Shown: one piece after another, positions 1 to 9,587 of the stretch
How the letters are laid out: each line of letters begins with the position of its first letter
Numbering within the stretch: position 1 is the stretch's first letter
Source: a virus
Lineage: Duplodnaviria; Caudoviricetes
IMG/VR virus record: IMGVR_UViG_3300032312_001958
Length of the DNA: 64,000 bases
Reading direction: 5' to 3' (one strand)
Position numbers and translations under genes: made by a program
The notes under the pieces: model-generated
Seen by the model: the letters and a program-made list of their open reading frames with translations, nothing else
Told to the model about the DNA's origin: nothing
Databases searched by the model: none

Positions 1-137
1 AAGAATCTGAAGAAAAATCGTCCAGGTATACTGACAAACGAATTGATAAACTAATTGATACCTATTTTGATATCAAAAAAAATAAAGACCTTTTAAAAGG
101 ATAAAATAATAATGAACCCTTGTGACTTTTTTAGACT

Positions 138-518
138 ATGAATAATAAATTTAATATTGCGGTTATTGCCCACGACAATAAGAAGGCTGATATGGTTGCC
201 TTTATTATGAAGAGATTGGAGTTCTTCAAACGTAGAGCTAACATCTACGCGACAGGAACAACAGGTAAACACATTGAGTTTGCCGGTGTTAAAGTTAATA
301 GGTTACAATCAGGACCTATGGGTGGTGATGCTCAGATTGCCGCCAAAATTGTGGATAAAGAAATTGACTATGTTATCTTCTTTATTGACCCATTATCTTC
401 CCATCCTCATGAGGTAGATGTACAAATGGTTTTAAGAATATGTAATGTTACCGACACTCCAATTGCTACAAATTATTCAATGGCAAGTATGATGATAAAT
501 TATTTGGAAAGTGAGTAA
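138..518 (+). CDS. mgsA: methylglyoxal synthase
   Basis: IAHDNKK, ATGTTG, SGPMGGDAQI, FFIDPLSSHPH and RICNV..P.ATN motifs. Confidence 0.93.
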   Translation: MNNKFNIAVIAHDNKKADMVAFIMKRLEFFKRRANIYATGTTGKHIEFAGVKVNRLQSGPMGGDAQIAAKIVDKEIDYVIFFIDPLSSHPHEVDVQMVLRICNVTDTPIATNYSMASMMINYLESE

Positions 519-526
519 GTTTGATG

Positions 527-534
527 TATCTTTG
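527..534 (+). promoter_or_regulatory. Bacteroidota-type -7 promoter element (TAnnTTTG), representative copy
   Basis: TATCTTTG upstream of ORF 550; TATCTTTG/TATATTTG recurs at 3032, 3653, 5014, 5911, 8294, 9425, 10217, 20967, 22038, 49654, 49973, 53331, 53673, 60433 (+) and 35539, 41883, 49464 (-). Confidence 0.75.
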
Positions 535-549
535 TAAAAAATATAATAT

Positions 550-765
550 ATGAAAAAAGTTTTTAATTGGTTTTGGTTGATACTGTATTTTGCAATACCT
601 GTGTATTTTATTATAGTATTATTTGTATCTGCTTTTGGATACTGTAAATTAAATGAAATGTTTGATTACCAATGGTGGTTATTATTTTTCGCATTTGAGA
701 TTTGGTTTACCTCTGTTGCAGCAAAAAGAATTGATGAAGGTTACGAAAGAATAAAAGGAGAATAA
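550..765 (+). CDS. small membrane protein
   Basis: two hydrophobic segments; follows promoter motif. Confidence 0.6.
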   Translation: MKKVFNWFWLILYFAIPVYFIIVLFVSAFGYCKLNEMFDYQWWLLFFAFEIWFTSVAAKRIDEGYERIKGE

Positions 766-766
766 A

Positions 767-1216
767 ATGAAAATTTATTTAGATGATGTAAGAACACCAA
801 AAGATAAAGACTGGATGGTTGTTAGAAACTACCACGAGTTTGTAAATTTGGTTCAGAAATTAGGTATTAAGAATATTGGTACCATTTCATTGGACCACGA
901 TTTGGGGGACAGTGCTATGAATGAGTATCATACCAACGTATCTCCTAACTTCAAATTGGACTACAATAATATTTCAGAGAAGACTGGATATGATGCGGCT
1001 AAGTTCTTGGTTGATGAGTTCTATTCTCAATACCCTGAAAGGTTGGAGATGGATTATTGGACAAAGAAGAAAGAGCCAATTATGTTCCCAATTGTTTTGG
1101 TTCATTCTGCTAATCCTATTGGGTCTGCGAATATGATGGGATACATTAATAACTTCTTGATGAACGAAGCTAAACCACAAACCTGTGTTAGACACACAAT
1201 ACCTCACACCGTATGA
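767..1216 (+). CDS. cyclic-phosphate processing receiver-domain protein
   Basis: IYLDDVR, ISLDHDLG, TGYD and VHSANPIG motifs typical of this family. Confidence 0.8.
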   Translation: MKIYLDDVRTPKDKDWMVVRNYHEFVNLVQKLGIKNIGTISLDHDLGDSAMNEYHTNVSPNFKLDYNNISEKTGYDAAKFLVDEFYSQYPERLEMDYWTKKKEPIMFPIVLVHSANPIGSANMMGYINNFLMNEAKPQTCVRHTIPHTV

Positions 1217-1419
1217 CAAGTAGAATTGTAATTGATATTGAATTGACGATTGACCAAAGGATTGAAATCATTGAAAAGATTGACCAACACTTTGACATTC
1301 TTGATTTTGGAATTAATTCTAATTTTAATAAGGACACACAGGATGAAGATTTACATAAGACAATTGACAATCTTTATCCCGGTGTCCCAAGAAAGGTAAC
1401 CGCTTACTACATAATTTAA
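1213..1419 (+). CDS. hypothetical protein
   Basis: ATGA overlap with upstream gene. Confidence 0.55.
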   Translation: MTSRIVIDIELTIDQRIEIIEKIDQHFDILDFGINSNFNKDTQDEDLHKTIDNLYPGVPRKVTAYYII

Positions 1420-1430
1420 ATCAAAATAAT

Positions 1431-1709
1431 ATGCCAAATATTACAGCTTATAATGTTGATGTTGAAGTAGACATTAATGTTGACGATTTTCTATCCGGGT
1501 GTTCAAGTAGAGAGATTAAAGAATTGATTAACGTTCTTATTGAAGATGGATATTTAGAGAAACATCCTTTAGTTCCAGGTTATGATGAAAAGTTGGGTGT
1601 GATGGAAAAAGAGTTTTTGAATAAACTACATACCATCTCAAAAAAGTATTACTCAATGAGTGAGATGGAAATTGAAATGATTAATTATATTTACGAAAAA
1701 TACCGATAA
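1431..1709 (+). CDS. hypothetical protein
   Basis: in-operon ORF with A-rich upstream. Confidence 0.6.
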   Translation: MPNITAYNVDVEVDINVDDFLSGCSSREIKELINVLIEDGYLEKHPLVPGYDEKLGVMEKEFLNKLHTISKKYYSMSEMEIEMINYIYEKYR

Positions 1710-1710
1710 C

Positions 1711-1881
1711 ATGTTCTTCTTTATTAAAGCTTTCTTTTTTATTTGTTTATGGATTTTTTTATTCTGTATTGGGATAATAATTCTTGGAGAATATTTGGCA
1801 GATACGTTTAAAGGTAGTAAATTTGACAAATGGTGGAAACGAAACGTTATCACTCAAATGCCTGACGATTATGAAGATTAA
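1711..1881 (+). CDS. small membrane protein (not in ORF track)
   Basis: 56-aa ORF MFFFIKAFFFICLWIFLFCIGIIILG... fills the gap between genes. Confidence 0.5.
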   Translation: MFFFIKAFFFICLWIFLFCIGIIILGEYLADTFKGSKFDKWWKRNVITQMPDDYED

Positions 1882-2554
1882 AGTAACATTATTATCAGAT
1901 ACCCACACAAAGGAAAGAAATATCCTTGTGAATGGTGGTGACTTGATTTTACATAGTGGTGACATTATGAATTCAGGTTATGATTGGGAAGATTTGTATG
2001 ACTTCTTAACTTGGTTCAGTGAGTTACCTTATAAGATGAAAGTATTCACACCTGGTAATCACGACAGATATATTGAGGACAACCCTTTTGATGCTTGGAA
2101 GATGATTAATGAGTTCCACGACAAAGGTGTTCGTTGTTTGATTGATGACTTCGTTGAGTTTGAGGGATTGAAAATCTATGGTAGTCCTTGGCAACCTGAG
2201 TTCTACAATTGGGCATTCAACTTACCACGAAACGGATGGGAGATTGAACAAAAGTGGAAAGATATTCCTGATGATACGGATATCTTATTGACACACGGAC
2301 CGGCTTGGGGTATCTTGGATACAGTTGTTAATCGTCGTGATTTTAATCTTGGATGTGAGATGCTTGCAAAACGATTGGAAACATTACATCCTTTGATTCA
2401 CAACTGTGGGCATATTCATTCAGGTTATGGTTATGTTGAGAAGAACGGAACACACTTCTTCAACTCATCAGTGTTGGATGAGCGTTATTCTCACAACCAA
2501 AAACCTTTTGACATTACAATTAATTTAGAAAATAAACAAATAGATATAATATGA
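1871..2554 (+). CDS. calcineurin-like metallophosphoesterase (start revised to ATG 1871)
   Basis: SDTH, HSGD, GNHD, THGP and GHIH motifs. Confidence 0.88.
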   Translation: MKIKVTLLSDTHTKERNILVNGGDLILHSGDIMNSGYDWEDLYDFLTWFSELPYKMKVFTPGNHDRYIEDNPFDAWKMINEFHDKGVRCLIDDFVEFEGLKIYGSPWQPEFYNWAFNLPRNGWEIEQKWKDIPDDTDILLTHGPAWGILDTVVNRRDFNLGCEMLAKRLETLHPLIHNCGHIHSGYGYVEKNGTHFFNSSVLDERYSHNQKPFDITINLENKQIDII

Positions 2555-2820
2555 GAAAATCAAATTTTTATGTGGTGATGTTATTTGCATTACTGACAAT
2601 TATGGCAACAATGGTATCTTGTACCGATGCGACGATGAGTAAGATGGGTGGATATGGAGATACCTTTACGGTTAAGGTTCTTGGACCTGACACAATTATC
2701 ACCTACCATTCAACAGGTAAAGTGATTAGTGAGGAAAAATCTGATGGATATTATTTTACAAATCGTGAGAATGGAAAGTTGATTGAAGTTAGTGGTAACA
2801 TCATAATCGAACAAGAATAA
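2551..2820 (+). CDS. putative lipoprotein
   Basis: signal peptide ending MVS-C. Confidence 0.6.
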   Translation: MRKSNFYVVMLFALLTIMATMVSCTDATMSKMGGYGDTFTVKVLGPDTIITYHSTGKVISEEKSDGYYFTNRENGKLIEVSGNIIIEQE

Positions 2821-2913
2821 TGTTGGCACTCGGATGTTTACTATCGGGGATATGGACAGGAATGTTCATATCCTTTTTAATAACTAAACCTTTTTATAAT
2901 AAAGAAAAATAAT

Positions 2914-3051
2914 ATGGAAGATTTAAAAAAATATATTACAGAAAAAAAACAACAAGCTGAAAGGTTAAGAGATAATACTTCCCAAAAAGATTATTTTAAG
3001 GGACAAGTTGAAATTCTTGAAGAAATTTTGCTATATTTGCAAAATGATTGA
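2914..3051 (+). CDS. small hypothetical protein (not in ORF track)
   Basis: 45-aa ORF MEDLKKYITEKK... overlapping the next start. Confidence 0.45.
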   Translation: MEDLKKYITEKKQQAERLRDNTSQKDYFKGQVEILEEILLYLQND

Positions 3052-3646
3052 CAACATTGAATTAATAAAACCATTATTGAACTTTGAGAACGAGGGTGAC
3101 TTCTATATGCTCTACGTATTCAAACGAAAGAAAGACCAACCTGAAGGTGAGAGGGACAATCACCAGTCAGTTCGTACCATCAAAACTTATTGTGTTGATA
3201 GTGTTGAATATTTGGAGAAACGATATGATGAGATTAAACAACTTTGTGAGATGTTTAAAGCTCGGGCGTATATTCACGTTCAAAAACAAAACCATAAGGA
3301 TGTCTCTTTGGATATGATGGTGTCTTTGGCTGAAAAAATTCGTAATGGTCAGACCAATCAAAAGGGTTTATTTGATTCAGTTGTTGGACAGATTAAAACC
3401 TATGAGAAGAGGTGGATTGTTGATGTTGATAGTAAGGACACCAAAGAGTTATTAAAGGTTAAACTTGCAATTGATAGTTGTCCTCCTTTTGGGAAGGATA
3501 AAATCATAAGTGAAATCCCAACCAAAAATGGTTATCATCTTATCACTGAAAGATTTGATGTGATGGAGTTTAAAAAACACTTTCCTGAATTGGACCTACA
3601 AAAGAAAAATCCAACTTTGTTATTTTTACCTGAAAGTTTAAATTAA
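3044..3646 (+). CDS. conserved phage protein with AEP/PrimPol-like motifs (start revised)
   Basis: WIVDVD (hhhDhD) and PTKNGYH motifs; ATG directly after TATATTTG. Confidence 0.55.
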   Translation: MIDNIELIKPLLNFENEGDFYMLYVFKRKKDQPEGERDNHQSVRTIKTYCVDSVEYLEKRYDEIKQLCEMFKARAYIHVQKQNHKDVSLDMMVSLAEKIRNGQTNQKGLFDSVVGQIKTYEKRWIVDVDSKDTKELLKVKLAIDSCPPFGKDKIISEIPTKNGYHLITERFDVMEFKKHFPELDLQKKNPTLLFLPESLN

Positions 3647-3664
3647 TTTTTGTATCTTTGTCAA

Positions 3665-4726
3665 ATGAATGAAGTTCTAAACAAATATTTTGAAGAAGGG
3701 TTGGTGTACAAACAAGTACATCCAACTCTTCCTTTGACTATATGGAACTATACCGAGAATGTTCAATACGAAGGTAAATGGGACGATGTTACCCTACAAA
3801 CTCGTGGGTTAGTTACTGACGAGAAAGGTAATGTTGTTGCTCGTCCATTTAAAAAGTTCTTCAACATAGAAGAAGAAAGACATACTTCAACTTCTGAGTT
3901 TGATGTATACGAAAAGATGGATGGTTCTTTGGGAATACTATTCAACTACGAAGGCGAGTGGGTAATGGCGACTCGCGGTTCCTTTACTTCTGACCAAGCG
4001 GTTAAAGGGTTTGAGATGTTACAGAAGTATGACTATCAAAAATTACATAAGGACTACACTTACCTATTTGAAATAATATATGATGAGAATCGTATCGTTG
4101 TGAAATACCCATACGAAGATTTGGTATTACTCGGAATGATAAACACTGAAACTGGATATGAGGTTGATTTGTATGGTGAAGGTGTTGATGTTAGATTTAA
4201 GAACTTAATCAATAACCTTGGTTTCAAAGTTGTCAAAAAATACGATGGAATTCGGGATTATTCCGAATTGAAGGGGATGATAAAGCACGATGAAGAAGGT
4301 TTTGTTGTTCGTTTCTCTAATGGTGATAGAATGAAAGTTAAAGGTGAGGAGTATCTTCGTCTACATAAGATAATGACTAATGTGTCTACCACTGCGGTGT
4401 GGGAAATGTTGAGTGAGGGTAAAGATGTGTTGGAGTTATTAAAAGATGTCCCTGATGAATTTTATCAAAAGATAAAGATGTATGTTGCGGATTTAAGATA
4501 CCATCACTATCGTTATGGGGATTATGCTTACAAGATATATTCATACTTCCGTTATGGTAAGTATGGGGACAGAGAAACTGAACCATCAAAGAAGGAGTTT
4601 GCTCTACACCTACAAGGAAATGATACGCACCCAAAGATAAAGGCATTATGTTTTTTGATGTGGGATGGAAAGAGTACTGATAAAGTAATATGGAATTATT
4701 TAAAACCCGAATATAAAAAGTTATGA
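3665..4726 (+). CDS. RNA ligase, T4 Rnl1/RnlA family (start revised)
   Basis: RGLV...ARPFKKFFN, motif I EKMDGSL, ATRGSF, FEII, EEGFVV, MKVK. Confidence 0.88.
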   Translation: MNEVLNKYFEEGLVYKQVHPTLPLTIWNYTENVQYEGKWDDVTLQTRGLVTDEKGNVVARPFKKFFNIEEERHTSTSEFDVYEKMDGSLGILFNYEGEWVMATRGSFTSDQAVKGFEMLQKYDYQKLHKDYTYLFEIIYDENRIVVKYPYEDLVLLGMINTETGYEVDLYGEGVDVRFKNLINNLGFKVVKKYDGIRDYSELKGMIKHDEEGFVVRFSNGDRMKVKGEEYLRLHKIMTNVSTTAVWEMLSEGKDVLELLKDVPDEFYQKIKMYVADLRYHHYRYGDYAYKIYSYFRYGKYGDRETEPSKKEFALHLQGNDTHPKIKALCFLMWDGKSTDKVIWNYLKPEYKKL

Positions 4727-5001
4727 AAAAAATTATCTTCTCATCAACCACACTTATCCTTTTGGTTGTTGGAACCATTATGTCACTACTAATAATCTCA
4801 TCTTATCAAAAAAGTAATGGGTATTGGTATAAAGAGGCTCACTATGCCATTAAAGTTGAAAGACACGTACCAAGAAATGTCCACGAGGAAATGAACTTGT
4901 ATTATGACATTACACTTGAGAATGGTGTAACTATGAAGTCACTAAAACAAGTATCTGTTGGTGACACAATTTATTTTGATATGTATAAAGTTGGAAAATA
5001 A
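4723..5001 (+). CDS. membrane-anchored hypothetical protein
   Basis: N-terminal TM segment; ATGA overlap. Confidence 0.55.
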   Translation: MKKIIFSSTTLILLVVGTIMSLLIISSYQKSNGYWYKEAHYAIKVERHVPRNVHEEMNLYYDITLENGVTMKSLKQVSVGDTIYFDMYKVGK

Positions 5002-5025
5002 AAATTGTTGATGTATCTTTGTACA

Positions 5026-5265
5026 ATGAAAGCAAAATTAGAATTTGATTTAGACGATTTTGATGATAGAATGGCACACCTACGTTGTGTTAAGTCAACA
5101 GACATGGCCTCAATTTTATTTGAAATGACAATGAATGCCCGTAAAAGAATAACTATGGGTTATGATGGGACTGATGAGTATTATAGAGGAGTAGATGCCG
5201 TTTTTAATAAGTTGTATGAATTAATGGAGGAACATAATATAAACGTAGAAGAATTAATACGATGA
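5026..5265 (+). CDS. hypothetical phage protein (start revised)
   Basis: MKAKLEFDL start directly after TATCTTTG. Confidence 0.65.
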   Translation: MKAKLEFDLDDFDDRMAHLRCVKSTDMASILFEMTMNARKRITMGYDGTDEYYRGVDAVFNKLYELMEEHNINVEELIR

Positions 5266-5900
5266 AAACAAAATTCAAAGATACATTTTTTGATAGTTTC
5301 AAAAGAATGATAAACCGACAAAGATGGTATTGGAAAACTTGGGACTTTTTCAGATATGACATACCAAGATTTTTCCGTAATCTTTGGTTGTTCCGTAAGA
5401 ACTTATGGAATCACACTTGGTACAATGGTGATGGTTCTATCTTGCCTTGGGTGAAAACTGCGGTTGATGATATGACTTGGAGAATGGAAAGATACGGACA
5501 CGAAATTAGTGAGAGTCGTATGAAGAAAGTTGAAAAGATGAAACGACTTTCATACCTGATTGATGTTTGTGTTCACGATTCTTTTATTGATGTTGCTGAG
5601 AAAGAATTAGGTATTGAAATGATTTACCACGAGTGGGAATTTAAAGAGGTAACAGATGAAGAAACTATTAATCTTTCTGATGATAAAGAACATACTCTAT
5701 ATGAACTCGTGGATAAAGATACTCCTGAGGAAAAAGAACATAACGGTAAAATTATAAAGAGAGCACACGAAATTCAGAAAGAATATTGGGAAGAACTTTG
5801 TTATATTATTAAAGGACCTGACTACGACTCAATCAGAGAGTCAGGTGAAGATTTTTATGAAAAACTTGATGGAACCGATATTAGAGGTTGGTGGGATTAA
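5262..5900 (+). CDS. hypothetical phage protein
   Basis: 212-aa ORF ending GWWD. Confidence 0.7.
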   Translation: MKTKFKDTFFDSFKRMINRQRWYWKTWDFFRYDIPRFFRNLWLFRKNLWNHTWYNGDGSILPWVKTAVDDMTWRMERYGHEISESRMKKVEKMKRLSYLIDVCVHDSFIDVAEKELGIEMIYHEWEFKEVTDEETINLSDDKEHTLYELVDKDTPEEKEHNGKIIKRAHEIQKEYWEELCYIIKGPDYDSIRESGEDFYEKLDGTDIRGWWD

Positions 5901-5922
5901 AAATTATTAGTATATTTGCGGT

Positions 5923-6621
5923 ATGATTTTAAGAATTGAAAAAGATATAAAGGGAGTATTTCCAAACATTTGGATATGTTCTGACCCACACTACAATCAT
6001 AAGAATATTTGTAGAGGTACAACCAATTGGAGAACCACTGACAACCAAGTACCTGAAGAACAAACTCGTGACTTCCCAACGATTGAAAGGATGAACGAGT
6101 CAATCTTGAATGGTATCAATTGGAATGTGGGTCAGGACGATGTATTGATTTGTCTTGGTGACTGGTCTTTCGGTGGATTTGAATTCATTCAACAATTCAG
6201 AGATAGAATTGTATGTAAGAACGTTCATCTTGTATTAGGTAACCACGACCATCATATTGAAAGAAACAGGGAGAATATTAAATCAATATTCAGTTCCGTT
6301 TCGGAATACCTAAGAATTGTTGTGATAGAACCTGTGAAGAAAAACGAGGCAAAGCGTCACGAGTTTGTATGTATGCACTACCCAATTCAAAGTTGGGATG
6401 GATTGAATAAGGGTATTATTCACCTTCACGGACACGTTCACTTACCAAATGAACGAAAGTTCGGTAAAGGAAAAAAAATGGATGTTGGTTTTGATGGACA
6501 TCCTGAGTTTCGTCCTTACAATTTGTTGAGGGAGATTGTTCCATTAATGAATAAAAGAGAGATGTTGTCAGACATGCCAAACGACCATCATCTTGATAGA
6601 TTGTTAAATGCGGATAAGTAA
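5923..6621 (+). CDS. metallophosphoesterase (phage calcineurin-like)
   Basis: SDPHYNH, LGD, GNHD, HYP, HGHVH and DVGFD motifs. Confidence 0.88.
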   Translation: MILRIEKDIKGVFPNIWICSDPHYNHKNICRGTTNWRTTDNQVPEEQTRDFPTIERMNESILNGINWNVGQDDVLICLGDWSFGGFEFIQQFRDRIVCKNVHLVLGNHDHHIERNRENIKSIFSSVSEYLRIVVIEPVKKNEAKRHEFVCMHYPIQSWDGLNKGIIHLHGHVHLPNERKFGKGKKMDVGFDGHPEFRPYNLLREIVPLMNKREMLSDMPNDHHLDRLLNADK

Positions 6622-6622
6622 T

Positions 6623-6784
6623 ATGAAAAAAATGTCGGACCAAGATATGATGAGTGAAATAATCAGAGTTGAAACAATTTTGACAAAATCCATATTTGAG
6701 GGACATAAAGCTAGTACTGATGATGTCTACCAACCACTTAGGGAAAAAATTAAACACTATAGAGAAAAATTAGGAATAAGATGA
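6623..6784 (+). CDS. small hypothetical protein (not in ORF track)
   Basis: 53-aa ORF bridging two genes with ATGA overlap. Confidence 0.5.
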   Translation: MKKMSDQDMMSEIIRVETILTKSIFEGHKASTDDVYQPLREKIKHYREKLGIR

Positions 6785-7551
6785 TTGAAAAACTGATTAA
6801 AAATAGAACTCCATATCTCGGTAAGATGATATTGAAGTTTGAGAAACATCCACACTATTCAAGTAGTCAGGATGGTAAATTAAATAAAGTTCACCTTAAT
6901 TTAGGGTTCACCAAATTGGTGTCTAGGTTCATACCAAAGAAAGTTATGGGCGGCTCCAATGTTGACCCTGAAAAAGTTAAGTTAATTGAGAAATATACTG
7001 GTGGTGTTATCGGAACGCATTCTTTTGGAAAGGATAATGAACACACTTTGGAAGATTCATTTTTAACAAATGACGGAAAATACATTGGTGACATTAACAG
7101 AGCTTGGTGGTATTTCAGTAACGGAATGACTGTTTGTGAAGAATATCCACACGGAGTTGCAATCAAGTTGAAAACTTATGAACCAAATATTTTTATAACT
7201 AATGCTGTTAAAGATGATTTTGACCCCTTTGTGATTGAACAGATTGAGAATGATAATATTGAAGGTTATTATGGTTACTCACATCGTGGTGGGGCTTTGT
7301 TTAAAATTGGGGATAGAATTTTTGATGAGGAGTATAACCCTGTTGTTGAAGATTACAATGAGAAGGAGTTTAAAAAGTGGTCGAAAAAATACGCCAAGTC
7401 ATATAATAAGGCTGATGACTTTGACAAAAAATGGATTTATCGTAATGGAATTAATGCAGTAATACCATTCAACAAACGAGGAAAACATATGATTAAAAAT
7501 TGGTCAGACGCAAGAACTGCGGCAATTAATATGTCAAAATATCTATCATAA
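6781..7551 (+). CDS. hypothetical phage protein
   Basis: 256-aa ORF with YYGYSHRG..FKIGD motif. Confidence 0.7.
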   Translation: MIEKLIKNRTPYLGKMILKFEKHPHYSSSQDGKLNKVHLNLGFTKLVSRFIPKKVMGGSNVDPEKVKLIEKYTGGVIGTHSFGKDNEHTLEDSFLTNDGKYIGDINRAWWYFSNGMTVCEEYPHGVAIKLKTYEPNIFITNAVKDDFDPFVIEQIENDNIEGYYGYSHRGGALFKIGDRIFDEEYNPVVEDYNEKEFKKWSKKYAKSYNKADDFDKKWIYRNGINAVIPFNKRGKHMIKNWSDARTAAINMSKYLS

Positions 7552-7751
7552 TGACAGGTAAAGTATATAAAACAACAAAAGGTTGGTTCGTTGAAACTAA
7601 AAATAATGAAATCATACCAGTACATCCAAAAAGTGAATTGGATGAAATAAATAGTGGTAATAAAGTTGACTTTGATATTGTTGAAGAAGACAATAATGGA
7701 ATGAGTTATACCGAGACATATGAACTAATAAAATATGCAAAAATACTATGA
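7551..7751 (+). CDS. hypothetical protein (possible small OB-fold)
   Basis: TAATG coupling; GKV..KGWFV..VHP..G.KVDF pattern. Confidence 0.5.
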   Translation: MTGKVYKTTKGWFVETKNNEIIPVHPKSELDEINSGNKVDFDIVEEDNNGMSYTETYELIKYAKIL

Positions 7752-7887
7752 AAATAATACCATTCTTTGATTTAACTTGGAGTGATGATTTCAAGCAAGT
7801 TGGATTAATTCCAACAATCTTTGTAACTAAAAGTTATGGAAACCGATATAACCTATGTGTAAACTTTTTATGTTTTGATTTTGGATT

Positions 7888-8289
7888 ATGGATAATAAAA
7901 AGAAAATAAACGTCATTAAAGATTTAAAGGGTAAATATGAATATTACCTTACAGTTGGTAAACTCAAAAAGTTTTTGGAGGAACACCCCGAACTACCTGA
8001 TGACGCACTTGTTCTAACTCAAAGGGTTGAAGATGTTTATTACGAAAAGAATGGTTGGGGGGTTGTTTTGAAGGAAGGTGAACATTATCATAATGTTAAA
8101 ACTTATAACATCCGAATGGAAGAGGAAGTCCGTAGAAGAAAAAACGGAGAACACCCAAAGTATGATATGGAGGACCCGTCAAAACATATTCAGGAATTAA
8201 CTGATGATTTAAAAGACCAATACCATCCTGCGTTCTGTTGTTTGAAATATAAAGACGACGATAATCTTTATTTGGATTTACATTATTAA
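7888..8289 (+). CDS. hypothetical protein
   Basis: 133-aa ORF. Confidence 0.6.
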   Translation: MDNKKKINVIKDLKGKYEYYLTVGKLKKFLEEHPELPDDALVLTQRVEDVYYEKNGWGVVLKEGEHYHNVKTYNIRMEEEVRRRKNGEHPKYDMEDPSKHIQELTDDLKDQYHPAFCCLKYKDDDNLYLDLHY

Positions 8290-8305
8290 TTCGTATATTT
8301 GCATT

Positions 8306-8692
8306 ATGAAAACACTTTATATCGTAAGAGGATTACCAGGAAGTGGGAAAACTACTTTCGCACAAACACTTAACTGTCCTGTATTTGAAGCTGATATGTT
8401 CTTTGTTAACTCACAAGGTGTGTACAACTTTGACTTTACAAGAATTAAAGATGCTCACGCTTGGTGCCAGGAAATGGTTGAGGACCATATGTTCAATCAA
8501 CACGAGAAGATTGCCGTGTCAAACACATTCACACAGGAGTGGGAAATGAAATCGTATTACGATATGGCAAAGACATATGGGTACAAGGTATTCTCAATCG
8601 TTGTTGAGAATCGTCATGAAGGTGAGAATGTTCACGGAGTTCCTGCAGATAAGTTGGAAGTTATGAAAAAACGTTTTGAAATTTCTCTCTGA
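8306..8692 (+). CDS. P-loop kinase (AAA_33 / polynucleotide-kinase-like)
   Basis: RGLPGSGKT, EAD.FF, VSNTF and NVHGVP motifs. Confidence 0.85.
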   Translation: MKTLYIVRGLPGSGKTTFAQTLNCPVFEADMFFVNSQGVYNFDFTRIKDAHAWCQEMVEDHMFNQHEKIAVSNTFTQEWEMKSYYDMAKTYGYKVFSIVVENRHEGENVHGVPADKLEVMKKRFEISL

Positions 8693-8721
8693 AAAATACT
8701 GTTTTAAATCCTTTTTCCATA

Positions 8722-8728
8722 TATTTAT
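8722..8728 (+). promoter_or_regulatory. putative phage-specific (late) promoter motif TATTTAT, representative copy
   Basis: (A/G)TATTTAT recurs shortly upstream of starts at 8743, 12246, 17957, 21717, 32552, 35595, 36710, 37300, 43745, 50532, 52315, 52741, 54223, 55340, 57449, 59008, 60009, 61219, 63028 and, as ATAAATA(T/C), before minus-strand genes. Confidence 0.65.
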
Positions 8729-8742
8729 AATAAATTAAATTT

Positions 8743-9387
8743 ATGGGAAGTTATTATGTATATTGTCACCGAAATCCACTAACCAATGAAATATTTTATA
8801 TTGGTAAAGGGACTAAACATAGGGCATACGTTAATCAAAATAGGGGTAAACATTGGAATAATTATGTTAAAAAATACGGAATACCTATTGTTGAAATATT
8901 ATACGATAACCTAAATGAAGATGAGTCATTAATTTTAGAAAAAAAATTAATAAAAACTTTTGGTAGAAAAGAATTAGGTGTTGGGGAGTTAGTTAACTCA
9001 ACTGATGGTGGTGAAGGATGTAGTGGGTTAGTTCATTCCGATGAAGTTAAAAAAATCATTAGTGAATGTAGAAAAAATAAACATGGAAATAATAAAGGTA
9101 AAAAATTTACTCAAAAAAACAAACGAATAAAAGGACTAAAGAGAGGTAAATATAAAACTCGTAAAGATAAAGGTAAAATTTTTTCAGAGGAAATTAAAAA
9201 AAAATTTAGTGAAGGTAAAAGAAATAAATCTAAAAATATTTTACAATACGACTTAAAGAATAATTTCATAAAAGAATGGAGAAGTGCTGCCGATATTATA
9301 GATGATTTAGGGATAAAAGGGGTGTATAATTGTTTAAATGGGTATTCTAAATCTTCTGGGGGATTCATATGGAAATATGAAGAATAA
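8743..9387 (+). CDS. GIY-YIG homing endonuclease with NUMOD-type DNA-binding modules
   Basis: YVYCH..FYIGKG..R, E..LI, LVNSTDGGEG, HSDEVKKIISE, C-terminal QYDL..FIKEW.S..GGFIWKY. Confidence 0.85.
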   Translation: MGSYYVYCHRNPLTNEIFYIGKGTKHRAYVNQNRGKHWNNYVKKYGIPIVEILYDNLNEDESLILEKKLIKTFGRKELGVGELVNSTDGGEGCSGLVHSDEVKKIISECRKNKHGNNKGKKFTQKNKRIKGLKRGKYKTRKDKGKIFSEEIKKKFSEGKRNKSKNILQYDLKNNFIKEWRSAADIIDDLGIKGVYNCLNGYSKSSGGFIWKYEE

Positions 9388-9436
9388 TTTTTTAAAAAAG
9401 TTTTGGTATTTATAAAAATCGCAGTATATTTGTATT

Positions 9437-9587
9437 GTGAATCTCGGATGAAAATGACAGCACTTGAACGAATGAGTCAGGTCCTTAATACACTCAAAAG
9501 GTGGTGTCCGAGTGGGTAAGTTGGTCCAACCCTACCAACCGTATCAGAACGAAAAACTGAAGCCCTCACAGAAATGTGGGGGTTTTT
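9437..9587 (+). ncRNA. candidate structured small RNA
   Basis: GC-richer stretch between promoter 9425-9432 and a terminator; CTCGGA pairs with TCCGAG; only a 23-aa ORF inside. Confidence 0.4.
9561..9587 (+). terminator. intrinsic terminator
   Basis: CCCTCACA-GAAA-TGTGGGGG followed by T run. Confidence 0.75.

Noticed and set aside
8743-9387. Group I intron around the GIY-YIG gene
   Set aside because: Flanking genes appear intact and no intron core was recognisable; the gene looks free-standing.
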